The translations under genes and the position numbers were made by a program. Source: Candidatus Falkowbacteria bacterium (lineage in GTDB: Bacteria; Patescibacteriota; Patescibacteriia; UBA11705; JACRDX01). From it: DNA of 64,000 nucleotides. The notes below the pieces were generated by a model. The model was not told the origin of the DNA. It did not search any database and saw only the letters and a program-made list of their open reading frames with translations. Location: positions 309-64,308 of the forward strand of contig JAZDOE010000001.1 in assembly GCA_043798985.1 (NCBI GenBank), in the 5' to 3' direction. Of this stretch, positions 1-10,672 are shown in pieces (position 1 is the first letter of the stretch; each line of letters begins with the position of its first letter).

Positions 1-1
1 A

Positions 2-982
2 GAGCGTTTTGGCGAGGGCGCTATAATGCGTTTTGGCGAAGCAAAACAAATAAATGTTGAGACCATTCCAACCGGTTGCTTGTCTATTGATATTGCTTTG
101 GGAATCGGCGGTATGCCGCAGGGAAGGATTATTGAGGTTTTTGGCACGGAGATGAGCGGAAAAACCACGCTTGCGCACCATTTGGTTGCTGAAGTGCAAA
201 AGCGCGGTGGAGTTGCGGCGTTTATTGACGCTGAACACGCGCTTGATCCTGATTATGCCCGTAAAATTGGCGTTAAGATAGAAGATTTATTAATCTCACA
301 GCCAGACACAGGCGAGCAGGCATTGGAAATTGTTGAAACATTGGTTCGTTCAAATGCCACTGATGTGATTGTCGTTGACTCTGTGGCCGCTTTGACCCCG
401 CGGGCAGAAATAGAAGGCGAAATGGGCGAACAGCACATGGGTTTGCACGCGAGATTAATGAGTCAGGCTTTGCGTAAGTTGACTGGCATTGTGTCAAAAT
501 CCAAAACCATTGTTATGTTTATCAATCAGACGCGACAAAAAATCGGTGTGTTTTTTGGCAATCCAGAAACAACAACAGGCGGCATGGCATTGAAATTTTA
601 CAGTTCGGTTCGTGTTGAATTGCGCCGCGCCGCTCAAATTAAACAAGGAGAGAAGATAATTGGAAATCGCATCAAATGTAAGATTGTTAAAAACAAAGTC
701 GCGGCGCCGTTTAAAACTTGTGAATTTGATATAATGTACGACGAAGGCATTTCTATTTCTGGCGATATTATTGATTTGGGCGTAGCGCACAAAATAATTA
801 CCAAATCCGGAAACTCTTACAGCTATGGTGATGAAAAATTGGGCGTTGGACGGGAAAGCGCTAAACAGTATTTGCGCGCCAATCCGAAGTTGATTGAAAA
901 GATTCGCAAAGAAATTTGGTCAATTGTAAAAAGAGAAAAAGACGAACCAGCAGAGGTCGTCCCAGTTGAAGAAATCGGATAA
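2..982 (+). CDS. recA: Recombinase RecA (5' end truncated by window edge)
   Basis: Walker [28 protein letters not shown] and KNKVAAPF motifs; the frame is open back to base 2 ([13 protein letters not shown]), so the start lies outside the window. Confidence 0.98.
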   Translation, partial: ERFGEGAIMRFGEAKQINVETIPTGCLSIDIALGIGGMPQGRIIEVFGTEMSGKTTLAHHLVAEVQKRGGVAAFIDAEHALDPDYARKIGVKIEDLLISQPDTGEQALEIVETLVRSNATDVIVVDSVAALTPRAEIEGEMGEQHMGLHARLMSQALRKLTGIVSKSKTIVMFINQTRQKIGVFFGNPETTTGGMALKFYSSVRVELRRAAQIKQGEKIIGNRIKCKIVKNKVAAPFKTCEFDIMYDEGISISGDIIDLGVAHKIITKSGNSYSYGDEKLGVGRESAKQYLRANPKLIEKIRKEIWSIVKREKDEPAEVVPVEEIG

Positions 983-988
983 ATTTTT

Positions 989-1552
989 TTATACGCGTTC
1001 AACGTATTCACCGGTTTCGGTATTGATTTTAACAACGTCGCCTTCTTTTACGAACAGCGGCGCGTTGACATGCATGCCGGTTTCAAGAGTGATTTGTTTT
1101 GTCGCGCCCTGCGATGAATCACCTCTGATTCCCGGCGGCGCTTCAATGACTTTTAAGTCAACTTTATTTGGAAGCTGAATGGATAAAGCATTGCCTTTGA
1201 ATTTTAAAACTTCAATTTCCTGATTTTCCAGCAAAAATTTCAGCTGGTCTTCAATGTTTTTTTTTGGCACTGAAAATTGTTCGTAGGAAACAGCTTCCAT
1301 GAAATACGCGTTGTTTTCGTCTGCGTAGAGAAAGGTTGCTTTTATGTGTTCAAGCTCTGCCTCTGTAATTTTGTCGCCGGGCTTGAAAGAGACTTCTAAA
1401 ATTTTGCCAGTCACCAAATTTTTTAGTTTTGACTGCATGACAGGTTTTCTCATTTGCATGCGCAAAAAATTCGCTTCAACCACGCGATACGGTTCGTTGT
1501 TGATTTCAACGTTAGTGCCCTTTTTTATGTCGTTCAAACTTGAGATCGCCAT
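989..1552 (-). CDS. efp: Translation elongation factor P
   Basis: KLKNLVTG, FLYAD, PPGIRGDS and INTETGEYVERV motifs; 187 aa. Confidence 0.96.
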   Translation of the reverse strand: MAISSLNDIKKGTNVEINNEPYRVVEANFLRMQMRKPVMQSKLKNLVTGKILEVSFKPGDKITEAELEHIKATFLYADENNAYFMEAVSYEQFSVPKKNIEDQLKFLLENQEIEVLKFKGNALSIQLPNKVDLKVIEAPPGIRGDSSQGATKQITLETGMHVNAPLFVKEGDVVKINTETGEYVERV

Positions 1553-1554
1553 AA

Positions 1555-1782
1555 TTATTGAGTCAAAAATGGCAATAGGGCCATTATTCTGGCACGTTTT
1601 ATCGCTGTCGCGATGCGTCTTTGGTGTTTAGCGCACAGACCGCTACGTTTTTGCGGAGCAATTTTTCCTTGAGATGAAATGAATTTTCGAAGCGTTTCCG
1701 CGTCTTTATAATCAATATCTTCTATTCTGTTCGCGCAAAAGTAGCACTGTTTCTTTTTTGTTGTAGTTATTGGTTTTGGCAT
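1555..1782 (-). CDS. rpsR: 30S ribosomal protein S18
   Basis: CYFC...IDYKD...LRKFIS...GKIAP...KHQR...[13 protein letters not shown]; rpsF-ssb-rpsR synteny. Confidence 0.98.
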   Translation of the reverse strand: MPKPITTTKKKQCYFCANRIEDIDYKDAETLRKFISSQGKIAPQKRSGLCAKHQRRIATAIKRARIMALLPFLTQ

Positions 1783-1784
1783 AA

Positions 1785-2279
1785 TTAAAATGGAATATTT
1801 TCTATTTTTATATCGTCAGTTGCTCCGACTTCTACTGCTTGGCTGGTTGGAACATCGCTGGTGATTGTTGGAACGTCTGTTGGCATTGATGCGGCTGGTC
1901 CCGCAGTTGACGGAGTAAATCTGTTGGAACTTCCAGTGGGCTGTCCTGTGCCAAGTTTGTCCAGCATAATCATATTTTCTGCGATAATTTCGGTTCGCTG
2001 TTTTTTTGTCCCATCTTGCGCGTCCCACTCTCTTGTTTGCAAGCGACCTTCAATATATACTTTGCTGCCCCTTCGTAAATATTGCGCGCATGTTTCTGCC
2101 AATTTTCTCCACGCGACAACATTGTGGAATTCAGCTTTGTCCTGTTTTTGTCCGCTCGCGTCTGTCCAGCGCATGTTTGTCGCGACTCCGAATGTAGTCA
2201 CGGCTATGCCTTGTGGCGTTGTGCGGAGTTCAGGGTCTCGTGTCACGTTGCCGATTATTAGAGCTTTGTTTAGTGTCAT
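1785..2279 (-). CDS. ssb: Single-stranded DNA-binding protein
   Basis: [30 protein letters not shown], acidic C-terminal tail ending IPF. Confidence 0.98.
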   Translation of the reverse strand: MTLNKALIIGNVTRDPELRTTPQGIAVTTFGVATNMRWTDASGQKQDKAEFHNVVAWRKLAETCAQYLRRGSKVYIEGRLQTREWDAQDGTKKQRTEIIAENMIMLDKLGTGQPTGSSNRFTPSTAGPAASMPTDVPTITSDVPTSQAVEVGATDDIKIENIPF

Positions 2280-2287
2280 ATTTATTT

Positions 2288-2782
2288 TTATAAAACGTCA
2301 TTTTTTAAAATTTCATCCAGCTTAACGTCCAGATCATCAAGGGAAATTTTCTTGTCTTTCTTTTCCTGCCTGCTGGCGGGCACAGCTTCTTTTTGCGCGG
2401 CTGAAATTTCTTCTTGCTGATCAAGTTTGTCTTCTGTTTTTTTCAACATTTTTTCTTGCAGCTCTTGCTCTTTTTTAATTTCTTCCGCGGTCTTTTTCTT
2501 TTTTTCAACAATCAAATGGCGTAAAATTTCAAAGGTTAATTTCAAATTTCCCTCAAGTTTTTTCAAATTTTCCGCGTTTATATCAAACTCGGTCGCGACA
2601 TAAATACCCTGATGCGTTGCTTTGATCGGGTAATATAGCCGTTTTTTGCCAAGAATATCTTCGGCTGTGATTTGCGCGCCGAATTTTTTCAGCAAAGAAT
2701 TTATTTTCTCAATGACTGACGCTTCCTCCCCCAAAAATTTGATTGGGATGATGTAAAGCATTTCGTAGTGCCGTGTGTTCAT
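2288..2782 (-). CDS. rpsF: 30S ribosomal protein S6 with long charged C-terminal tail
   Basis: YEMLYII...GKKRLYYPIK...ILRHLIV; ATG at 2782 chosen as start; operon with ssb-rpsR. Confidence 0.93.
   Translation of the reverse strand: MNTRHYEMLYIIPIKFLGEEASVIEKINSLLKKFGAQITAEDILGKKRLYYPIKATHQGIYVATEFDINAENLKKLEGNLKLTFEILRHLIVEKKKKTAEEIKKEQELQEKMLKKTEDKLDQQEEISAAQKEAVPASRQEKKDKKISLDDLDVKLDEILKNDVL
2365..2382. repeat. Palindromic element family D (CCTGCC..GGCAGG type), in frame in rpsF tail
   Basis: CCTGCCTGCTGGCGGGCA resembles copies at 41288, 56324 and 56994; encodes VPASRQ. Confidence 0.55.
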
Positions 2783-2950
2783 AATTTGAATGTTGATTAG
2801 ATTATTCTGCAATATTATCACTCTTTTTTATAAAAAGCAAGCGGCCGTTGTATTTATCAAAAAATATTGTTATAATGTTTGCAAAGCTATATTGAATAGC
2901 TTTTTAATTTTTGCTTTTTTGGTATAATTAACAAATAACATAATAAAGAT

Positions 2951-4153
2951 ATGAAAGTTTTTGACGGAAAAACAATTCAGGCGGCAATTAAACAAATTTG
3001 CGCTGAAAAAGGTCTTGACGAGGCAATGGTAGTTGAAACATTGGAGGCCGCGCTTGCGGCGGCTTATCGCAAAGATTTCGCGGAAAAAAATCAAAACCCG
3101 CGAGCTATTTTGAATATTAAAACTGGTGAGCTTGAAGTTTTTGATGAAAAGACAGTGGTTGAGAATTTGACAGAAGAAGAAATTTCGCAAATTGAGCATT
3201 TTAAAGAACTGCGACAAAAGGCCAAAGAAGAAGGTCGCGAACTTACAGAGCAAGAAATGCCCACAGAAGAAATGCGCAAATTCAGCCCGCGGATGGAGAT
3301 AGAATTAAAAGACGCGAAACTGATAGAGAAGAAAATAAAAGTTGGAGAAGTGCTAAAAACGGTGCTTGAGATTCCGGGTGATTTTGGCAGAATGGCCGCG
3401 CAAACAGCCAAACAAGTGATTACGCAACGGTTGCGCGAAGCAGAACGCAATATTATTTATCAGGCGTATAAAGAAAAAGAAAAAACAATTGTAAATGGAA
3501 TTGTGCAACGCAGAGAAGGATTTAACACGCTTGTTGATTTGGACAGAAAAGCCACTGCGATTTTACCACAGACAGAGCAGATCCGTGGAGAAAATTATCG
3601 TGTTGGCGCGCGATTCAAATTTTATATTGTCAACGTGAATTTGACTACGCGTGGTCCGGAGATCGTTGTTTCTCGCAGTCATCCTGAAATCGTGAGGGAA
3701 TTGTTTGCCACGGAAATTCCAGAGGTCGCCGACAAAACAATTGAAATTAAAGGAATCGCGCGCGAGGCTGGAATGCGTTCAAAAGTCGCGATTTGGACTG
3801 GCGAAGCGAATTTGGACCCTATCGGGTCTTGCATTGGTCAGCGTGGGAGCAGAATTCAAACCATTATTCATGAGTTGAATGGTGAAAAAGTTGATGTTAT
3901 TTTGTACAGCGAAAAACCAGTGCAATACATTAAAAATGCTTTGTCTCCGGCAAAAATTAATAATGTTGAATTGGACGAAGACAACAGAGTCGCGACAGTG
4001 ACTGTTAATGAGGATCAGTTGTCATTAACAATCGGCAGATCAGGGCAAAACGTCCGGTTGGCAAGCAAATTAACCGGCTGGATGATTAACATTAAAGTCG
4101 CTGAAAGCGGAAAAGAAGTAAGTTCAGAGGAAGTTGAAAAAGAAGGAATATGA
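2951..4153 (+). CDS. nusA: Transcription termination/antitermination factor NusA
   Basis: FGRMAAQTAKQVITQ, SRSHPE, AREAGMRSKVA, GSCIGQRGSRIQ and IGRSGQNVRLASKLTGW (S1 and KH domains). Confidence 0.98.
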   Translation: MKVFDGKTIQAAIKQICAEKGLDEAMVVETLEAALAAAYRKDFAEKNQNPRAILNIKTGELEVFDEKTVVENLTEEEISQIEHFKELRQKAKEEGRELTEQEMPTEEMRKFSPRMEIELKDAKLIEKKIKVGEVLKTVLEIPGDFGRMAAQTAKQVITQRLREAERNIIYQAYKEKEKTIVNGIVQRREGFNTLVDLDRKATAILPQTEQIRGENYRVGARFKFYIVNVNLTTRGPEIVVSRSHPEIVRELFATEIPEVADKTIEIKGIAREAGMRSKVAIWTGEANLDPIGSCIGQRGSRIQTIIHELNGEKVDVILYSEKPVQYIKNALSPAKINNVELDEDNRVATVTVNEDQLSLTIGRSGQNVRLASKLTGWMINIKVAESGKEVSSEEVEKEGI

Positions 4154-4878
4154 GTATAACCATGCTTTATCATGTTATTTTGTATCAACCACTTTTTAAT
4201 GTTTTGGTTTTTTTATATAACATTGTTCCGGGTCACAGTTTGATATTGGCAATTACGATTTTGACAATTTTGATTAAGCTCGTTTTGCTGCCTTTGTCCG
4301 CGTATTCTTTAAAATCACAAAGAGCAATACAGGAATTACAACCAAAACTGGATGAGTTGAAAAAGAAGTTTAAAGATGATAAGCAGGCATTGGCAAAAGC
4401 CACAATGGAATTGTACAAAGAAAATAAGGTGAACCCAGCTTCTTCATGTTTGCCGCTCTTAATTCAATTTCCATTTTTAATCGCGGTTTATCAGGTTTTT
4501 CGTTCGGGTTTAACAAGCGCGGATTTTGGCAATCTTTATTCTTTTGTCACAAATCCGGGCGCTATTGATGTGTCGTGTTTCGGCATACTTGATCTTTCCA
4601 AACCGTCCGTGATTTTGGCGATTATTACCGGTTTGGCGCAGTATGTTCAGACAAAAATGTTGACAACGAAAAAGCCAAAGCCAAAAGTTGAGGGCGCGAA
4701 AGATGAGAGCATGCTGGCTGACATGAACAAAAGCATGCTTTATTTTATGCCATTCATGACCGTGTTGATTGGAATTAGTTTTCCTGCTGGCTTGGTATAT
4801 TATTGGTTGCTCACGACAATTTTGACCATTGTCCAACAGAAGGTGGTTTTCAAAAAAGCGCTGGCGCCGAAGGTTTAA
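4150..4878 (+). CDS. yidC: Membrane protein insertase YidC/Oxa1 (short form)
   Basis: LQPKLDELKKKF...MELYKENKVNPASSCLPLLIQFPFLIAVY; PAGLVYYW. Confidence 0.93.
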   Translation: MSITMLYHVILYQPLFNVLVFLYNIVPGHSLILAITILTILIKLVLLPLSAYSLKSQRAIQELQPKLDELKKKFKDDKQALAKATMELYKENKVNPASSCLPLLIQFPFLIAVYQVFRSGLTSADFGNLYSFVTNPGAIDVSCFGILDLSKPSVILAIITGLAQYVQTKMLTTKKPKPKVEGAKDESMLADMNKSMLYFMPFMTVLIGISFPAGLVYYWLLTTILTIVQQKVVFKKALAPKV

Positions 4879-5826
4879 ATGCTAACTCATATTGAAAAAT
4901 CAATCATTTCTACTTTGGCGTATTTTGATATTTTTAACTTTCCGCTTACAAAACAGGAGCTTTGGCAAAATTTGTGGATAGAAGATCCTGCGACCGTTGT
5001 TAATGAAAATTTGCAACAGGATTTTGAAAAATCATTTGAGCGATTGATTCCCAAATATATAAATTGCGCCAGCGGTTTTTGCGGACTCGCGGCAAAAGAT
5101 TTTTCGCAAAACATACTTGCGCGTAAAGATAATTATCGTTTGGCAATCAGGAAAAAAAAGATTGCGGTTTGCAATGCGCGGTTGTTGAGCCGCGTACCGT
5201 TCGTAAGAGCGGTTTTTTTGTGCAATAATTTGGCATATGACAATTCTCGGGATGACAGTGATATTGATTTTTTCATTGTGACCAAGCGCGATAGATTGTT
5301 TAGCTGCCGTTTTTTCTGTGTTTTGTTGATGAAAATTTTGCGGAGACGGCCGAGCGCCAGAAAAAATCGCGATCAAATTTGTTTGAGTTTTTTTGTGGAT
5401 GAAACAAAATTGGCGCTCGGCGATCTTTTAAAACAAAATGATATTTATTTGCATTATTGGTTAAAACAGCTTGTTCCGTTGTATGATCCGCAAAATTTGT
5501 TGAACAAAATTTGGCAGCAAAATGTTTGGATAAAATATCGGCTGCCAAATGCTTTGCCATACCGCGGCGCTGCGCGGCTGGTTGATAATCACAAAAAGAG
5601 AATTGCGGTCAGAATTTTTTCAGGGTTGATTCCGCGTTTTGTAGAAAATATTGCGCGTAAAATTCAGATTGCCATGCTTCCAGCGGAAGTTAAAAGTAAA
5701 ATGATAGTTAATGACGGAGGCGTGATTATTGGAGCGAATATTTTTAAGGCGCATGTTAATGATCGCCGCGAGCAGTTTAAAAATATTTGGTTGAAAAAAG
5801 TTGAACAAATATATGCCACGAATTAA
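4879..5826 (+). CDS. CPR-type protein with nucleotidyltransferase-like domain
   Basis: N-terminal YFDIFNFPLT..EL helix motif, then VPFVRAVFLC..LA..N...SDIDFFIV (polymerase beta-like DxD) and ICLSFFV. Confidence 0.6.
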   Translation: MLTHIEKSIISTLAYFDIFNFPLTKQELWQNLWIEDPATVVNENLQQDFEKSFERLIPKYINCASGFCGLAAKDFSQNILARKDNYRLAIRKKKIAVCNARLLSRVPFVRAVFLCNNLAYDNSRDDSDIDFFIVTKRDRLFSCRFFCVLLMKILRRRPSARKNRDQICLSFFVDETKLALGDLLKQNDIYLHYWLKQLVPLYDPQNLLNKIWQQNVWIKYRLPNALPYRGAARLVDNHKKRIAVRIFSGLIPRFVENIARKIQIAMLPAEVKSKMIVNDGGVIIGANIFKAHVNDRREQFKNIWLKKVEQIYATN

Positions 5827-7186
5827 AAAGATTATTGTTGCGCTGATTTGTCTGTATATTTTTTTAATTCCATTGCAAACGCATTGGCTTTACGACCAAA
5901 AACTGATTGGCGGAGAGTCGTGGCAATATGGAGCTTTGAAAATTTACGCGACAGAATTATTGTTTTTTGTGATTTTGTGCCTGACAGTTTTTTATTTTTT
6001 GAAAGTTGAGCGCGCGAAGCTGCGGTGGACTTTTTCATGGCCAAAAATAACCGCGCTTGTTTCATTGTTGATAATGTGCGCGCTGAATTTTTATTTCGCG
6101 ATTAACCAAGACATCGCGTTTTACAAGCTAACGATTTATATTCAGGCAATCGCGTTGTTTTTTCTTTTGTTCGCGATTAGAATCGGTTTTGAAAAAATTT
6201 CGTGGATGTTGGTTTTGTCCGGCGGCGTTCAATCAATTTTGGCAATAATCCAATTTGCTTCTCAAAAGGTTTTTGCGTCAAAATGGTTGGGTATGGCCGG
6301 ACAATGTCCGTTTATCCTTGGGACTCCGGTCGTTGAAACTAGTGATGGCCGCTGGTTGCGCGCGTTCGGGACTTTTTCGCACCCAAATATTTTGGCTGGG
6401 TTTTTGGTGTTTGCGATTTTATGCGGAATTTATTTGTTGATAAACAAGGGCGCAACAAGCACGGTCAGCGGTAGGGTAAAAATGATTTTGGCAAGTTCAA
6501 TCGCGTTAAATTCCGTTGGATTGGCGTTCACTTTTTCGCGCGCGGCAATCATCGCGCTGGTTGTTGCCTTGGTTTTTTTAACGATTTTATTTTTCAAAAA
6601 AGGGCAGTGCCTGCCCGTTGACATGGGATACGATCTTGGGGCAAGGCGTCGAACAAATTTTTTTTTAGTTGCAATTGGGTTGATTGCAATTTCTTTTTTG
6701 TGCGTTTCATTAATGTTCCCAAATTTAATTATGACGCGCGCAGGAGGAGAACAGCGACTTGAAGTGAAATCAAATTCAGAAAGAATTGCTGAATATAAAA
6801 TGGCGCCGGCGCTAATGAAAAATTATTGGCTGTTCGGCGCCGGCGCTGGCAATTACACGCTTGCTGTTGAAAAAACAAATCCAAATCAACCTGTTTTTTT
6901 CTATCAACCAATTCACAACGCGATTTTATTGGAAATAATAGAATTCGGCGTCGTTGGAATTTTATTGCTAATCGTCTTCGTTGTTTTTTTGCTTGCCACG
7001 ACGAAGCCATGGCGTAGATGGTTAGATAGCGGGCTTGCCCGCCGTAGCCTCGGCGGAGGCGGGTCATTGCCGTTTATTATTGCATTGTTGCTACTCGCAT
7101 TTTTTGATCACTATTTATCCTCAATGTATAGTGGCATTTTGCTGACGACAGTTGTTGGATATTTAATCCTCTCGCCCCAACAATAA
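5813..7186 (+). CDS. O-antigen ligase/Wzy_C family membrane protein
   Basis: Multiple TM helices; RAFGTFSHPNILAGFL, TFSRAA, GAGAGNY, PIHN..L....E.G and FFDHY motifs. Confidence 0.88.
   Translation: MPRIKKIIVALICLYIFLIPLQTHWLYDQKLIGGESWQYGALKIYATELLFFVILCLTVFYFLKVERAKLRWTFSWPKITALVSLLIMCALNFYFAINQDIAFYKLTIYIQAIALFFLLFAIRIGFEKISWMLVLSGGVQSILAIIQFASQKVFASKWLGMAGQCPFILGTPVVETSDGRWLRAFGTFSHPNILAGFLVFAILCGIYLLINKGATSTVSGRVKMILASSIALNSVGLAFTFSRAAIIALVVALVFLTILFFKKGQCLPVDMGYDLGARRRTNFFLVAIGLIAISFLCVSLMFPNLIMTRAGGEQRLEVKSNSERIAEYKMAPALMKNYWLFGAGAGNYTLAVEKTNPNQPVFFYQPIHNAILLEIIEFGVVGILLLIVFVVFLLATTKPWRRWLDSGLARRSLGGGGSLPFIIALLLLAFFDHYLSSMYSGILLTTVVGYLILSPQQ
6610..6646. repeat. Palindromic element (CCTGCCC...GGGGCAAGG) in frame in O-antigen ligase loop
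   Basis: Terminal inverted repeat CCTGCCC/GGGCAAGG; GC-rich relative to the flanking TM codons; encodes CLPVDMGYDLGAR. Confidence 0.5.
6991..7063. repeat. Two tandem family E palindromic elements in frame in O-antigen ligase
   Basis: GCTTGCCACGACGAAGCCATGGCGTAGATGG (6991-7021) and GCTTGCCCGCCGTAGCCTCGGCGGAGGCGGG (7033-7063); same ends as the element at 62320-62362. Confidence 0.75.
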
Positions 7187-7220
7187 TAAAAAAATTACCC
7201 CCGCTAATTTTTAGCGGGGG
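7187..7220 (-). terminator. Intrinsic terminator of the minus-strand CxxC gene pair
   Basis: CCCCCGCTAA-ttt-TTAGCGGGGG stem, with an A-run on its left that reads as a U-tract on the minus strand. Confidence 0.8.
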
Positions 7221-7229
7221 CCGTTCGTC

Positions 7230-7535
7230 TCACATCAACGACAGGACAAGCTCGTCTTCCCTAAAAGACCCATTGATATTTGTGAACGTGTAGCTCACGT
7301 AGTGTTTGTGGCGGATATCAACCAGGATTCTAACGCTTGCAACACACACTACTCTTCGCATGTTATGCTCAGTAAGCATTTCGAATGTTTCTCCACATTT
7401 GTATCGCGCGTTGGCCAATATTGTTGCGCATCGCGCATAGCACGCTTCTGCGTCTTCCTTGCGACCGAATCGTTCATCGCATAATGTGCATTCAAAAAAC
7501 GTTACTCGCCGAATTTTTGTTTTCTCCATGTTCAT
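7230..7535 (-). CDS. Small Cys-rich hypothetical protein (CxxC...CxxxC), paralog of 7542-7871
   Basis: SD AAGGAGG immediately upstream; FECTLC...AEACYARC. Confidence 0.7.
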   Translation of the reverse strand: MNMEKTKIRRVTFFECTLCDERFGRKEDAEACYARCATILANARYKCGETFEMLTEHNMRRVVCVASVRILVDIRHKHYVSYTFTNINGSFREDELVLSLM

Positions 7536-7541
7536 CCTCCT

Positions 7542-7871
7542 TTATGTTGTTGCTGACTGTTTGCGTTTCGCATTCTTGCTCATGACAATGGACGATGGAA
7601 ACACCTGTGTGCGGCCGTCTCCATTCACGCATTCAAACGCGACCTGCACATTGCCGGGTACCCCTCTTCTCAAACGTACGCCAGTAACCGTAAACAGACG
7701 ATTATCTCCTTCGCGAAGCAACGCGATTTCATCGTCTATTCCGAACCGCGCTACGCTAAGAATTTGCTGGCATTGACCAGCGCACGAATTTGCGAGTTCC
7801 TGCTCCAGATACAGCGTGCCGCACAATGGGCACTGAAACGCTTCCATTTTCTTCGCTTCCAGCTTGTTCAT
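7542..7871 (-). CDS. Small Cys-rich hypothetical protein (CxxC...CxxxC)
   Basis: SD AAAGGAG and own promoter; FQCPLC...ANSCAGQC. Confidence 0.75.
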   Translation of the reverse strand: MNKLEAKKMEAFQCPLCGTLYLEQELANSCAGQCQQILSVARFGIDDEIALLREGDNRLFTVTGVRLRRGVPGNVQVAFECVNGDGRTQVFPSSIVMSKNAKRKQSATT

Positions 7872-7891
7872 GTTTTCTCCTTTTCAACGGG

Positions 7892-7947
7892 TTTTCAAAG
7901 TTCGTTGACTGATAATTCAGCTTAGCAAGTTTTTTTGTTCTTGTCAA
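7892..7947 (-). promoter_or_regulatory. Sigma70 promoter plus boxA-like leader motif
   Basis: Minus strand TTGACA-17 nt-TAAGCT, then GAACTTTGAAAA (forward 7892-7903). Confidence 0.7.
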
Positions 7948-7950
7948 CGA

Positions 7951-7980
7951 TTGACAACCCTAAAAATTTTGCGCTAAGAT
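7951..7980 (+). promoter_or_regulatory. Sigma70-type promoter of groES-groEL
   Basis: TTGACA-18 nt-TAAGAT. Confidence 0.6.
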
Positions 7981-7982
7981 GC

Positions 7983-8010
7983 GTAAAGACGTAGCATGCT
8001 ACGTCTCTAC
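7983..8010. repeat. Family B palindrome (GTAGAGACG...CGTCTCTAC) in groES leader
   Basis: GTAAAGACGTAGCATGCTACGTCTCTAC; relatives at 21483, 27984, 40347 and 44742. Confidence 0.85.
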
Positions 8011-8039
8011 AATTTAAAAAATAAATAATTTTTAAAATT

Positions 8040-8324
8040 ATGTTAAAACCTTTATCTGACCACGTAGTCGTAAAACCGCTTGAAGAAGAATCAAAAACCA
8101 AAGGCGGAATTGTTCTTCCTGAAACAGCGAAAGAAAAACCTCAACGCGGCGAAGTCATTGCAATTGGTTCAGGCAAACTTTTGGACAATGGTAGCCGCGC
8201 GCAACTGGAAGTAAAAGTCGGCTACAAGATTTTGTTTTCAAAATACGGACAAAATGAAGTGAAAATTGATGAACAAATTTATTACATTTTAACCGAAGCG
8301 GACATTTACGCGATTATTCAATAA
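8040..8324 (+). CDS. groES: Co-chaperonin GroES
   Basis: LKPLSDHVVV...TKGGIVLPETAKEKPQRGEVIAIGSG. Confidence 0.98.
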   Translation: MLKPLSDHVVVKPLEEESKTKGGIVLPETAKEKPQRGEVIAIGSGKLLDNGSRAQLEVKVGYKILFSKYGQNEVKIDEQIYYILTEADIYAIIQ

Positions 8325-9974
<1,650 letters not shown>

Positions 9975-10054
9975 GCAGGTGGATATTGTATTTTTATTTT
10001 GTATTTTCTATAATGACGTCATCAAATAGTTTGCGCTTTTGCGCGCGATGGCCT

Positions 10055-10411
10055 ATGTACATTTCCCCCAAAGCCGGCAGCGAGATTTCTTGCGTGATGT
10101 TCGGCATTGATAAAGTTTTATTGTGCGACAACAAGCAGCTTGAAAAAATTTTCCGAGACGCGTTAACAACGGATAGTTTTACAATGCTTGAGTCAGCCAA
10201 GCATGATTTTGAACCACGCGGTTATTCGTCTTTGATAATTTTGTCAGAATCGCACGCTGGCATTCATACTTACCCTGAACATGGAACGTTATTTTTCTAC
10301 TTGCATAGTTGCCGCGGGGAAAAAGATGGTGAAAAGACGTTTCAGTATATGCAGGAAAAATTACAGCCCAAACGCGTTGATATAAGTCGGAGATCTGTAG
10401 CAGTTGGATAG
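10055..10411 (+). CDS. speD: S-adenosylmethionine decarboxylase (pyruvoyl-dependent) family proenzyme
   Basis: HDFEPRGYS.L.ILSESHAGIHTYPEHG...SC autocleavage motif; start uncertain (10013 or 10055). Confidence 0.8.
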   Translation: MYISPKAGSEISCVMFGIDKVLLCDNKQLEKIFRDALTTDSFTMLESAKHDFEPRGYSSLIILSESHAGIHTYPEHGTLFFYLHSCRGEKDGEKTFQYMQEKLQPKRVDISRRSVAVG

Positions 10412-10438
10412 TATAAGAAATTGTTTAATAAAAAAATT

Positions 10439-10461
10439 ACGCCGCGACTTTGTCGCGGCGT
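10439..10461. terminator. Bidirectional hairpin terminator
   Basis: ACGCCGCGAC-ttt-GTCGCGGCGT between convergent genes. Confidence 0.75.
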
Positions 10462-10468
10462 TTACGTT

Positions 10469-10645
10469 TCATCTGCCAATGTCAAAAAGCTTCTGCGCAA
10501 GCTTTTCTTTTTCTTTGGCAAGGGCAGTCAAACGTTCCGAAGCTTTGTGAATTTCACCATCCACAGCCGCAATCTGCGCCACGATTTCTGTCCGCGCCCT
10601 TTGCTTCTGTTGCGTCATTTTGTTAGCTTTTTTCGCGGTTGACAT
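10469..10645 (-). CDS. 58-aa basic coiled-coil protein not in the supplied ORF track
   Basis: SD GAGGGGGTG, then MSTAKKANKMTQQKQRARTEIVAQIAAVDGEIHKASERLTALAKEKEKLAQKLFDIGR*, ending at the terminator. Confidence 0.6.
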   Translation of the reverse strand: MSTAKKANKMTQQKQRARTEIVAQIAAVDGEIHKASERLTALAKEKEKLAQKLFDIGR

Positions 10646-10672
10646 TTGGCACCCCCTCGTTATATTGGAAGA

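Noticed and set aside
7983-8010. Inverted repeat before groES as a CIRCE/HrcA operator
   Set aside because: Does not match TTAGCACTC-N9-GAGTGCTAA and is a copy of the dispersed family B palindrome
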